Assembly (NCBI GenBank): GCA_030390025.1
Contig: CM059431.1
Location: 140,680,001 to 140,744,000, forward strand
Direction: 5' to 3'
Length of the DNA: 64,000 bases
Origin: Squalus acanthias
Lineage: Eukaryota
Shown here: positions 28,301 through 43,300 of the stretch, one piece after another
Layout of the letters: every line of letters begins with the position of its first letter
Position numbering within the stretch: the first letter of the stretch is position 1
Program-made: the position numbers and the translations under genes
The notes under the pieces: model-generated
The model's input: only the letters and a program-made list of their open reading frames with translations
The model's database searches: none
What the model was told of the DNA's origin: nothing

Positions 28301-31300
28301 ACACACGCATCAAACCAGTCGTTCATCCTGGACACGCGCCTCACACCACTCGCTCACACTGGACACGCACCTCACACCACTCGTTCATCCTGGACACACA
28401 CCTCACACCACTCTCTCATCCTGGACACGGGCCTCACACCACTCGCTCATCCTGGTCACACACCTCACACCACTCGTTCATACTGGACACACGCCTCACA
28501 ACACTCGTTCATCCTGGACAGGCGCCTCACACCACTCGTTCATCCTGGACACGCGCCTAACACCACTCGCTCATCCTGGACACACACCTCACACCACTCG
28601 TTCATCCTGGACACGGGCCTCACACCACTCGTTGATCCTGGACACGCAGCTCACACCACTTGTTCATCCTGGACACACACCTCAAAACACTCGTTCATCC
28701 TGGACACGAGCCTCACACCACTCGTTCATCCTGGACACACACCTCACACCACTCGTTCATCCTGGACACGGTCCTCACACCACTCGTTCATCCTGGACAC
28801 ACACCTCACACCACTCGTTCATCCTGGACACGCACCTTACACCACTCGTTCATCCTGGACACACACCTCACAACACTCGTTTATCCTGGACACGGGCCTC
28901 ACGCCACTCGCTCATCCTGGACACGGGCCTCACACCACTCGCTCATGCTGGACACGGGCCTCACACCACTCGTTCATCCTTCATACACACCTCACACCAC
29001 TCGTTGATCCTGGAGACGAGCCTCACACCACTCGCTCATCCTGGACACGAGCCTCACACTACTCGTTCATCCTGGACACATACCTCACACCACTCGTTCA
29101 TCATGGACACGGGCCTCACACCACTCGTTCATCCTGGACACGGGCCGCACACCACTCGCTCATCCTGGACACGCGCCTCACACCACTCGCTCATCCTGGA
29201 CACGGGCCTCACACCACTCGTTCATCCTGGATACACACCTCACACCACTCGTTCATCCTGGACACGGGCCTCACACCAATGGTTCATTCTGGACACGCGC
29301 CTCACACCACTCGTTCATCCTGGACACAAAACTCACACCACTCGTTCATCCTGGACACACGCCTCACACCACTCGTTCATCCTGGACAGGCGCCTCACAC
29401 CAGTCGCTCATCCTGGACACACACCTCACACCGCTTCATCATCCTGGACACACATCTCACACCACTCGTTCATCCTGGACACACGTCTCACACCACTCTC
29501 TCATCCTGGACAGGCGCCTCACACCACTCGTTCATGCTGGACACGGGCCACACACCACTCGCTCATCCTGGACACACACCTCACACCACTCGTTCATCCT
29601 GGACAAGAGTCTCACACCACTCGCTCATCCTGGACACGAGCCTCACACCACTCGTTCATCCTGGACACACACCTCACACCACTCGTTCATCATGGACACG
29701 GGCCTCACACCACTCGTTCATCCTGGACACGGGCCTCACACCACTCGCTCATCCTGGACACGCGCCTCACACCACTAGTTCATCCTGGACACGCATCTCA
29801 CACCACTCGCTCATCCTGGACACGGGCCTCACACCACTCGCTCATCCTCGACACGGGCCTCACACCACTCGCTCATCCTGGACACGCGCCTCACACCACT
29901 CGCTCATCCTGGACACGCACCTCACACCATCGTTCATCCTGGACACACACATCACACCACTCGCTCATCCTGGACACGGCACTCACACCACTCGCTCATC
30001 CTGGACAAACACCGCACACCACTCGTTCATCCTGGAAACCCACCTCAAACCACTCATTCATCCTGGACACGAGCCTCACACCACTCGTTCATCCTGGAAA
30101 CCCACCTCAAACCACTCATTCATCCTGGACACGAGCCTCACACCACTCGTTCATCCTGAACACACAACTCACACCACTCGTTCATCCTGGACAAATGCCT
30201 CACACCACTCGCTCATCCGGGACACGCGCCTCACACCACTCGCTCATCCTGGACACGAGCCTCACACCACTCGCACATCTTGGACATGCGCCTCACACCA
30301 CTTGCTCATCCTGGACACGGGCCTCACACCATTCGTTCATCCTGGACACGGGCCTCACACCACTCGTTCAGCCTGGACACGCGCCTCACACCACTCCTTC
30401 TTCCTGGACACACTCCTCACAACACTCGTTCATCCTGGACACACACCTCACACCACTCGTTCATCCTGGACACACACCTCACACAACTCTTTCATCCTGG
30501 ACACGCGCCTCACACCACTCGTTCATCCTGGACACATACCTCACACCACTCGTTCATCCTGGACACGCGCCTCACACCACTCGTTTATCCTGGACACGCG
30601 CCTCACACCAATCGTTCATTCTGGACACGCGCCTCACACCACTCGTTCATCCTGGACACACAACTCGCACCACTCGTTCATCCTGGACACACGCCTCACA
30701 CCACTCGTTCATCCTGGACAGGCGCCTCACACCAGTCGCTCATCATGGACACACACCTCACGCCACTTCATCAGCCTGGACACACATCTCACACCACTCG
30801 TTCATCCTGGACACACGTCTCACACCACTCTCTCATCCTGGACAGGCGCCTCACACCACTCGTTCATCCTGGACACGGGCCACACACCACTCGCTCATCC
30901 CGGACACACACCTCACACCACTCGTTCAACCTGGTCACGAGCCTCACACCAGTCGTTCATCCTGGATACGGGCCACACACCACTCGTTCATCCTGGACAG
31001 GTGCCTCACAACACTCGTTCATCCTGGACACGTGCCTCACACCACTCGCTCATCCTGGTCACACACCTCACACCACTCGTTCATACTGGACACACGCCTC
31101 ACAACACTCGTTCATCCTGGACAGGCGCCTCACACCACTCGTTCATCCTGGACACGCGCCTAACACCACTCGCTCATCCTGGACACACACCTCACACCAC
31201 TCGTTCATCCTGGACACACACCTCACACCACTCGTTCATCCTGGACACGCAGATCACACCACTTGTTCATCCTGGACACACACCTCAAACCACTCGTTCA

Positions 31301-34300
31301 TCCTGGACACGAGCCTCACACCACTCGTTCATCCTGGACACACACCTCACACCACTCGTTCATCCTGGACATGGGCCTCACACCACTGGTTCATCCTGGA
31401 CACGGTCCTCACACCACTCGTTCATCCTGGACACACAACTCACACCACTCGTTCATCCTGGACACACACCTCACACCACTCGTTCATCCTGGACACATGC
31501 CTCACACCACTCGTTCATCCTGGACACGCACCTTACACCACTCGTTCATCCTGGACACACACCTCACACCACTCGTTTATCCTGGACACGGGCCTCACAC
31601 CACTCGCTCATCCTGGACACGGGCATCACACCACTCGCTCATGCTGGACACGGGCCTCACACCACTCGTTCATCCTGGATACACACCTCACACCACTCGT
31701 TGATCCTGGACACGAGCCTCACACCACTCGCTGATCCTGGACACGAGCCTCACACCACTCGTTCATCCTGGACACATACCTCACACCACTCGTTCATCAT
31801 GCACACGGTACTCGCACCACTAGTTCATCCTGGACACGCATCTCACACCACTCGCTCATCCTGGACACGGGCCTCACACCACTCGCTCATCCTGGACACG
31901 GGCCTCACACCACTCGTTCATCCTGGATACACACCTCACACCACTCGTTCATCATGGACACGGGCCTCACACCAATCGTTCATTCTAGACACGCGCCTCA
32001 CACTACTCGTTAATCCTGGACACAAAACTCACACCACTCGTTCATCCTGGACACACGCCTCACACCGCTCGTTCATCCTGGACAGGCGCATCACACCAGT
32101 CGGTCATCCTGGACACACATCTCACACCACTTCATCATCCTGGACACACATCTCACACCACTCGTTCATCCTGTACACACGTCTCACACCACTCTCTCAT
32201 CCTGGATAGGTGCCTCACACCACTCGTTCATGCTGGACACACACCACACACCACTCGTTCATCCTGGACACGAGTCTCACACCACTCGCTCATCCTGGAC
32301 ACGAGCCTCACACCACTCGTTCATCCTGGACACACACCTCACACCACTCGTTCATCATGGACACGGGACTCACACCACTCGTTCATCCTGGACACGGGCC
32401 TCACACCACTCGCTCATCCTGGACACGCGCCTCACACCACTAGTTCATCCTGGACACGCATCTCACACCACTCGCTCATCCTGGACACGGGCCTCACACC
32501 ACTCGCTCATCATGGACACGGGCCTCACACCACTCGTTCATCCTGGATACACACCTCACATCACACGTTCATCCTGGACACGGGCCACACACCACTCGTT
32601 CATCCTGGACAGGTGCCTCACACCACTCGTTCATCCTGGACACACGCCTCAAACCACTCGTTCATCCTGGACACGCGACTCACACCACTCGTTCCTCCTG
32701 GACACACACCTCACACCACTCGTTCATCCTGGACACACGCCTCAAACCAGTCTTTCATCCTGGACACGCGCCTCACACCACTCGCTCATCCTGGACACGC
32801 GCCTCACACCACTCGGTCATCCTGGACACGGACCTCACACCACTCGTTCATCCTGGACACATACCTCACACCACTCGCTCATCCTGGACACGGGTCTCAC
32901 ACCACTCGCTCATCCTGGACACACACCTCACACCGCTCGTTCATCCTGGACACATACCTCACACCACTCGCTCTTCCTGGACACGGCCCTCACACCACTC
33001 GCTCATCCTGGACACACACCTCACACCACTCGTTCATCCTGGGCACGGGCCTCACACCACTCGCTCATCCTGGACACACACCTCACACCACTCGTTCATC
33101 CTGGACACACGCCTCACACCACTCGCTCATCCTGGACAGGCGCTTCACACCACTCGTTCATCCTGGACACGCGCCTAACACCACTCGCTCATCCTGGACA
33201 CACACCTCACACCACGCGTTCATCCTGGACACGGGCCTCACACCACTCGTTCATCCTGGACACGCATCTCACATCACTCGTTCATCCTGAACACGCACCT
33301 CACACCACTCGTTCATCCTGGACACACACCTCAAACCACTCGTTCATCCTGGACACGAGCCTCACACCACTCGTTCGTCCTGGACACACACCTCACACCA
33401 CTCGTTCATCCTGGACACGGGCCTCACACCACTCATTCATCCTGGACACGTTCCTCACACCACTCGTTCATCCTGGACACACACCTCACACCACTCGTTC
33501 ATCCTGGACACACACCTCACACCACTCGTTCATCCTGGACACATGCCTGACACCACTCGTTCATCCTGGACAAGCACCGTACACCACTCGTTCATCCTGG
33601 ACACACACCTCACACCACTCGTTCATCCTGGACACGTGCCTCACACCACTCGTTCATCCTGGACACTTCCCTCACACCACTCGCTCCTCCATGGACACAC
33701 ACCTCACACCACTCGTTCATCCTGGACACACGCCTGACACCACTCGTTCATCCTGAACACACACCTCACACCACTCGCTCATCCTGGACACACACCTCAC
33801 ACCACACGTTCATCCTGAACACGCACCTCACACCACTCGTTCGTCCTGGACACACACCTCACACCACTCGTTCATACTGGACACGGGTCTCACACGACTC
33901 GTTCATCCTGGACACGGGCCTCACACCACTCGTTCATCCTGGACACGGGCCTCACACCACTCGTTCATCCTGGACACGGGCCTCACACCACTCGTTCATC
34001 CGGGACACGCATCTCACAACACTCGTGCATCCTGGACACACACCTCACACCACTCGTTCATCCAGAACAGGAGCCTCACAACTCTCGTTCATCCTGGACA
34101 CACACCTCACACCACTCGTTCATCCTGGACACGGGCCTCACACCACTCGTTCATCCTGGACACGAGCCTCACTCCACTCGTTCATCCTGGACACGCGCCT
34201 CACAACACTCGTTCATCCTGGACACGCACCTCACACCACTCGTTCAACCTGGACACGGGCCTCACAACACTCGTTCATCCTGGAAACGCAATAAACACCG

Positions 34301-37300
34301 CTCATTCATCCTGGACACACAACTCATACCACTCGTTTCTCCTGGACACGTGCCTCAGAACACTCGTTCATCCTGGACACACACCTCATACCACTCGTTC
34401 ATCCTGGACACGGGCCTCACACCACTCGCTCATCCTGGACACGCGCCTCACACCACTCGTTCATCCTGGACACGCATCTCACACCACTCGCTCATCCTGG
34501 ACACGGGCCTCACACCACTCGCTCATCATGGACACGGGCCTCACACCACTCGTTCATCCTGGATACACACCTCACATCACACGTTCATCCTGGACACGGG
34601 CCACACACCACTCGTTCATCCTGGACAGGTGCCTCACACCACTCGTTCATCCTGGACACACGCCTCAAACCACTCGTTCATCCTGGACACGCGACTCACA
34701 CCACTCGTTCCTCCTGGACACACACCTCACACCACTCGTTCATCCTGGACACACGCCTCAAACCAGTCTTTCATCCTGGACACGCGCCTCACACCACTCG
34801 CTCATCCTGGACACGCGCCTCACACCACTCGGTCATCCTGGACACGGACCTCACACCACTCGTTCATCCTGGACACATACCTCACACCACTCGCTCATCC
34901 TGGACACGGGTCTCACACCACTCGCTCATCCTGGACACACACCTCACACCGCTCGTTCATCCTGGACACATACCTCACACCACTCGCTCTTCCTGGACAC
35001 GGCCCTCACACCACTCGCTCATCCTGGACACACACCTCACACCACTCGTTCATCCTGGGCACGGGCCTCACACCACTCGCTCATCCTGGACACACACCTC
35101 ACACCACTCGTTCATCCTGGACACACGCCTCACACCACTCGCTCATCCTGGACAGGCGCTTCACACCACTCGTTCATCCTGGACACGCGCCTAACACCAC
35201 TCGCTCATCCTGGACACACACCTCACACCACGCGTTCATCCTGGACACGGGCCTCACACCACTCGTTCATCCTGGACACGCATCTCACATCACTCGTTCA
35301 TCCTGAACACGCACCTCACACCACTCGTTCATCCTGGACACACACCTCAAACCACTCGTTCATCCTGGACACGAGCCTCACACCACTCGTTCGTCCTGGA
35401 CACACACCTCACACCACTCGTTCATCCTGGACACGGGCCTCACACCACTCATTCATCCTGGACACGTTCCTCACACCACTCGTTCATCCTGGACACACAC
35501 CTCACACCACTCGTTCATCCTGGACACACACCTCACACCACTCGTTCATCCTGGACACATGCCTGACACCACTCGTTCATCCTGGACAAGCACCGTACAC
35601 CACTCGTTCATCCTGGACACACACCTCACACCACTCGTTCATCCTGGACACGTGCCTCACACCACTCGTTCATCCTGGACACTTCCCTCACACCACTCGC
35701 TCCTCCATGGACACACACCTCACACCACTCGTTCATCCTGGACACACGCCTGACACCACTCGTTCATCCTGAACACACACCTCACACCACTCGCTCATCC
35801 TGGACACACACCTCACACCACACGTTCATCCTGAACACGCACCTCACACCACTCGTTCGTCCTGGACACACACCTCACACCACTCGTTCATACTGGACAC
35901 GGGTCTCACACGACTCGTTCATCCTGGACACGGGCCTCACACCACTCGTTCATCCTGGACACGGGCCTCACACCACTCGTTCATCCTGGACACGGGCCTC
36001 ACACCACTCGTTCATCCGGGACACGCATCTCACAACACTCGTGCATCCTGGACACACACCTCACACCACTCGTTCATCCAGAACAGGAGCCTCACAACTC
36101 TCGTTCATCCTGGACACACACCTCACACCACTCGTTCATCCTGGACACGGGCCTCACACCACTCGTTCATCCTGGACACGAGCCTCACTCCACTCGTTCA
36201 TCCTGGACACGCGCCTCACAACACTCGTTCATCCTGGACACGCACCTCACACCACTCGTTCAACCTGGACACGGGCCTCACAACACTCGTTCATCCTGGA
36301 AACGCAATAAACACCACTCATTCATCCTGGACACACACCTCATACCACTCGTTTCTCCTGGACACGTGCCTCAGAACACTCGTTCATCCTGGACACACAC
36401 CTCATACCACTCGTTCATCCTGGACACGGGCCTCACACCACTCGCTCATCCTGGACACGCGCCTCACACCACTCGTTCATCCTGGACACTCATCTCACAC
36501 CACTCGTTCATCCTGGACAAACACCTCACACCACTCGTTCATCCTGGACACGGGCCTCACGCCACTCGTTCATCCTGGACACGAGTCTCACACCACTCGC
36601 TTATCCCGGACACGAGCCTCACACCACTCGTTCATCCTGGACACGAGCCTCACACCACTCGTTCATCCTGGACACGCACCTCACACCACTCGCTCATCCT
36701 GGACACACGCCTCACACCACTCGCTCATCCTGGACACGCGCCTCACACTACTCGCTCATCCTGGACAGGCGCTTCACACCACTCGTTCATCATTTACACG
36801 GGCCTCACACCACTCCTTCATCCTTGACACGCGCCTCAAACCACTCGTTCAACCTGGACACGGGCCTCACAACACTCGTTCATCCTGGAAACGCAATAAA
36901 CACCACTCATTCATCCTGGACACACACCTCATACCACTCGTTTCTCCTGGACACGTGCCTCAGAACACTCGTTCATCCTGGACACACACCTCATACCACT
37001 CGTTCATCCTGGACACGGGCCTCACACCACTCGCTCATCCTGGACACGCGCCTCACACCACTCGTTCATCCTGGACACTCATCTCACACCACTCGTTCAT
37101 CCTGGACAAACACCTCACACCACTCGTTCATCCTGGACACGGGCCTCACGCCACTCGTTCATCCTGGACACGAGTCTCACACCACTCGCTTATCCCGGAC
37201 ACGAGCCTCACACCACTCGTTCATCCTGGACACGAGCCTCACACCACTCGTTCATCCTGGACACGCACCTCACACCACTCGCTCATCCTGGACACACGCC

Positions 37301-40300
37301 TCACACCACTCGCTCATCCTGGACACGCGCCTCACACTACTCGCTCATCCTGGACAGGCGCTTCACACCACTCGTTTTAGCATTTACACGGGCATCACAC
37401 CACTCCTTCATCCTTGACACGCGCCTCAAACCAGTCGTTCAACCTGGACATACACCTCACACCACTCGTTCATCCTGGACACATGCCTCACACCTCTCGC
37501 TCATCCTGGACACGCGCCTCACACCACTCGCTCATCCTGGACATGCGCCACACACCACTTGCTCATCCTGGACACGGGCCTCACACCATTCGTTCATCCT
37601 GGACACTGGCCTCACACCACCCGCTCATCCTGGACACACACCTCACACCACTCGTTGATCCTGGACACACGCCTCACACCACTCGCTCATCCTGGACAGG
37701 CGCTTCACACCACTCGTTCATCCTGGACACGCGCCTAACACCACTCGCTCATCCTGGACACACACCTCACACCACGCGTTCATCCTGGGCACGGGCCTCA
37801 CACCACTCGTTCATCCTGGACACGCACCTCACACCACTCGTTCATGCTGGACACACACCTCAAACCACTCGTTCATCCTGGAGACGAACCTCACACCACT
37901 TGTTCGTCCTGGACACACAGTCACACCAGTCGTTCATCCTGGACACGGGCCTCACACCACTCGTTCATCCTGGACACGTTCCTCACACCACTCGTTCATC
38001 CTGGACACACACCTCACACCACTCGTTCATCCTGGACACATGCCTGACACCACTCGTTCATCCTGGACACGCACCTTACAGCACTCGTTCATCCTGGACA
38101 CACACCTCACACCACTCGTTCATCCTGGACACACGCCTGACACCACTCGTTCATCCTGGACACACACCACACACCACTCGCTCATCCTGGACACACACCT
38201 CACACCACACGTTCATCCTGGACACGCACCTCACACCACTCGTTCATCCTGGACACACACCTCACACCACTCGTTCATACTGGACACGGGTCTCACCCCA
38301 CTCGTTCATCCTGGACACGGGCCTCACACCACTCGTTCATCCTGGACACGGGCCTCACACCACTCGTTCATCCTGGACACGGGCCTCACACCACTCGTTC
38401 ATCCTGGACACGCATCTCACAACACTCGTTCATCCTGGACACGCATCTCACACCACTCGTTCATCCTGGACACATACCTCAAACCACTCGTTCATCCAGA
38501 ACAGGAGCCTCAAAACTCTCGTTCATCCTGGACACACACCTCACACCACTCGTTCATCCTGGACACGGGCCTCACACCACTCGTTCATCCTGGAGACGGG
38601 CCTCACACCACTCGTTCATCCTGGACACGAGCCTCACACCACTCGTTCATCCTGGACACGCGCCTCACAACACTCGTTCATCCTGGACACGCGCCTCACA
38701 CCACTTCTTCATCCTGGACACACATCTCACACCATTCGTTCATCCTGGAAAGGCGCCTCACACCACTCGTTCATCCTGGACACGGGCCACACACCACTCG
38801 TTCATCCTGGACACACACCTCACACCACTCGTTCATCCTGGACACAAACCTCACACCACACGTTCATCCTGGACACGCGCCTCACGCCACTCGCTCATCC
38901 TGGACACGCGCCTCACACCACTCGCTCATCCTGGACACGAGCCTCACACCACTCCTTCATCCTGTACACGCGCCTCACACCACTCGTTCATCCTGGACCC
39001 ATAGCTCAGACCACTCGTTCATCCTGGACATGCGCCTCACACCACTCGCTCATCCTGGACACGCGCCTCACACCACTCGCTCATCCTGGACACGCGCCTC
39101 ACAACACTCGTTCATTCTGGACACGCGCCTCACACCACTCGTTCATCCTGGACACACAACTCACACCACTCGTTCATCCTGGACACACGCCTCACACCAC
39201 TCGTTCATCCTGGACAGGCGCCTCACACCAGTCGCTCAGCCTGGACACACACCTCACACCACTTCGTCATCCTGGACACACACCTCACACCACTCGTTCA
39301 TCCTGGACAGGCGCCTCACACCACTCGTTCATCCTGGACACGGGCCACACACCAATCGCTCATCCTGGACACACACCTCACACCACTCGTTCATCCTGGA
39401 CACGAGCCTCACACCACTCGTTCATGCTGGACACGGGCCACACACCACTCGTTCATCCTGGACAGCTGCCTCACACCACTCATTCATCCTGGACACACGC
39501 CTCAAACCACTCGTTCATCCTGGAGACGCGCCTCACACCACTCGCTCATCCTGGACACGAACCTCACACCACTCGTTCATCCTGGACACACACCTCACAC
39601 CACTCGCTCATCCTGGACATACATCGCACACCACTCGTTCATCCTGGACACACACCTCAAACCACTCGTTCATCCTGGACACGCGCCTCACACCACTCGC
39701 TCATCCTGGACACGGGCCTCACACCACTCGTTCATCCTGGACACGGGGCTCACACCACTCGCTCATCCTGGACACGCGCCTCACACCAGTCGTTCATCCT
39801 GGACACGCATCTCACACCACTCGTTCATCCTGGACAAACACCTCACACCAGTCGTTCATCCTGGACACGGGCCTCACACCACTCGTTCATCCTGGACACG
39901 GGCCTCACACCACTCGTTCATCCTGGATACTCACCGCACACCACTCGTTCATCCTGGACACACACCTCAAACCACTCGTTCATCCTGGACACGGGCCTCA
40001 CGCCACTCGTTCATCCTGGACACGAGTCTCACACCACTCGCTTATCCCGGACACGAGCCTCACACCACTCGTTCATCCTGGACACGAGCCTCACACCACT
40101 CGTTCATCCTGGACACGCACCTCACACCACTCGCTCATCCTGGACACACGCCTCACACCACTCGCTCATCCTGGACACGGGCCTCACACCACTCGCTCAT
40201 CCTGGACACGGGCCTCTCACCAGTCGTTCATCCTGGACACAGACCTCACACCACTTGCTCATCCTGGACACGCGCCTCACACTACTCGCTCATCCTGGAC

Positions 40301-43300
40301 AGGCGCTTCACACCACTCGTTCATCATTTACACGGGCCTCACACCACTCCTTCATCCTTGACACGCGCCTCAAACCACTCGTTCAACCTGGACACACACC
40401 TCACACCACTCGTTCATCCTGGACACATGTCTCACACCTATCGCTCATCCTGGACACGCGCCTCACACCACTCGCTCATCCTGGACATGCGCCACACACC
40501 ACTTGCTCATCCTGGACACGGGCCTCACACCATTCGTTCATCCTGGACACTGGCCTCACACCACTCGCTCATCCTGGACACACACCTCACACCACTCGTT
40601 CATCCTGGACACTCGGCTCACACCACTCGCTCATCCTGGACAGGCGCTTCACACCACTCGTTCATCCTGGACACGCGCCTAACACCACTCGCTCATCCTG
40701 GACACACACCTCACACCACGCGTTCATCCTGGACACACACCTCAAACCACTCGTTCATCCTGGAGACGAACCTCACACCACTTGTTCGTCCTGGACACAC
40801 ACCTCACACCAGTCGTTCATCCTGGACACGGGCCTCACACCACTCGTTCATCCTGGACACGTTCCTCACACCACTCGTTCATCCTGGACACACACCTCAC
40901 ACCACTCGTTCATCCTGGACACACACCTCACACAACTCGTTCATCCTGGACACATGCCTGACACCACTCGTTCATCCTGGACACGCACCTTACAGCACTC
41001 GTTCATCCTGGACACACACCTCACACCACTCGTTCATCCTGGATACACGCCTGACACCACTCGTTCATCCTGGACACACACCTCACACCACTCGCTCATC
41101 CTGGACACACACCTCACACCACACGTTCATCCTGGACACGCACCTCACACCACTCGTTCATCCTGGACACACACCTCACACCACTCGTTCATACTGGACA
41201 CGGGTCTCACCCCACTCGTTCATTCTGGACACGGGCCTCACACCACTCGTTCATCCTGGACACGGGCCTCACAACACTCGTTCATCCTGGACACGGGCCT
41301 CACACCACTCGTTCATCCTGGACACGCATCTCACAACACTCGTTCATCCTGGACACGCATCTCACACCACTCGTTCATCCAGGACACATACCTCAAACCA
41401 CTCGTTCATCCAGAACAGGAGCCTCAAAACTCTCGTTCATCCTGGACACACACCTCACACCACTCGTTCATCCTGGACACGGGCCTCACACCACTCGTTC
41501 ATCCTGGACACGGGCCTCACACCACTCGTTCATCCTGGACACGAGCCTCACACCACTCGTTCATCCTGGACACGCGCCTCACAACACTCGTTCATCCTGG
41601 ACACGCGCCTCACACCACTTCTTCATCCTGGACACACATCTCACACCATTCGTTCATCCTGGAAAGGCGCCTCACACCACTCGTTCATCCTGGACACACA
41701 CCTCACACCACTCGTTCATCCTGGACACAAACCTCACACCACTCGTTCATCCTGGACACGCGCCTCACGCCACTCGCTCATCCTGGACACGCGCCTCACA
41801 CCACTCGCTCATCCTGGACACGAGCCTCACACCACTCCTTCATCCTGGACACGCGCCTCACACCACTCGTTCATCCTGGACCCATAGCTCAGACCACTCG
41901 TTCATTCTGGACATGCGCCTCACACCACTCGCTCATCCTGGACACGCGCCTCACACCACTCGCTCATCCTGGACACGCGCCTCACAACACTCGTTCATTC
42001 TGGACACGCGCCTCACACCACTCGTTCATCCTGGACACACAACTCACACCACTCGTTCATCCTGGACACACGCCTCACACCACTCGTTCATCCTGGACAG
42101 GCGCCTCACACCAGTCGCTCATCCTGGACACACACCTCACACCACTTCGTCATCCTGGACACACACCTCACACCACTTCTTCATCCTGGACACACATCTC
42201 ACACCACTCGTTCATCCTGGACAGGCGCCTCACACCACTCGTTCATCCTGGACACGGGCCACACACCAATCGCTCATCCTGTACACACACCTCACACCAC
42301 TCGTTCATTCTGAACACGAGTCTCACACCACTCGTTCATGCTGGACACGGGCCACACACCACTCGTTCAGCCTGGACAGGTGCCTCACACCACTCGTTCA
42401 TCCTGGACACGAGCCTCACACCACTCGTTCATCCTGGACACGCGCCTCACAACACTCGTTCATCCTGGACACGCGCCTCACACCACTTCTTCATCCTGGA
42501 CACACATCTCACACCATTCGTTCATCCTGGAAAGGCGCCTCACACCACTCGTTCATCCTGGACACGGGCCACACACCACTCGTTCATCCTGGACACACAC
42601 CTCACACCACTCGTTCATCCTGGACACAAACCTCACACCACTCGTTCATCCTGGACACGCGCCTCACGCCACTCGCTCATCCTGGACACGCGCCTCACAC
42701 CACTCGCTCATCCTGGACACGAGCCTCACACCACTCCTTCATCCTGGACACGCGCCTCACACCACTCGTTCATCCTGGACCCATAGCTCAGACCACTCGT
42801 TCATCCTGGACATGCGCCTCACACCACTCGCTCATCCTGGACACGCGCCTCACACCACTCGCTCATCCTGGACACGCGCCTCACAACACTCGTTCATTCT
42901 GGACACGCGCCTCACACCACTCGTTCATCCTGGACACACAACTCACACCACTCGTTCATCCTGGACACACGCCTCACACCACTCGTTCATCCTGGACAGG
43001 CGCCTCACACCAGTCGCTCATCCTGGACACACACCTCACACCACTTCGTCATCCTGGACACACACCTCACACCACTTCTTCATCCTGGACACACATCTCA
43101 CACCACTCGTTCATCCTGGACAGGCGCCTCACACCACTCGTTCATCCTGGACACGGGCCACACACCAATCGCTCATCCTGTACACACACCTCACACCACT
43201 CGTTCATCCTGAACACGAGTCTCACACCACTCGTTCATGCTGGACACGGGCCACACACCACTCGTTCATCCTGGACAGGTGCCTCACACCACTCGTTCAT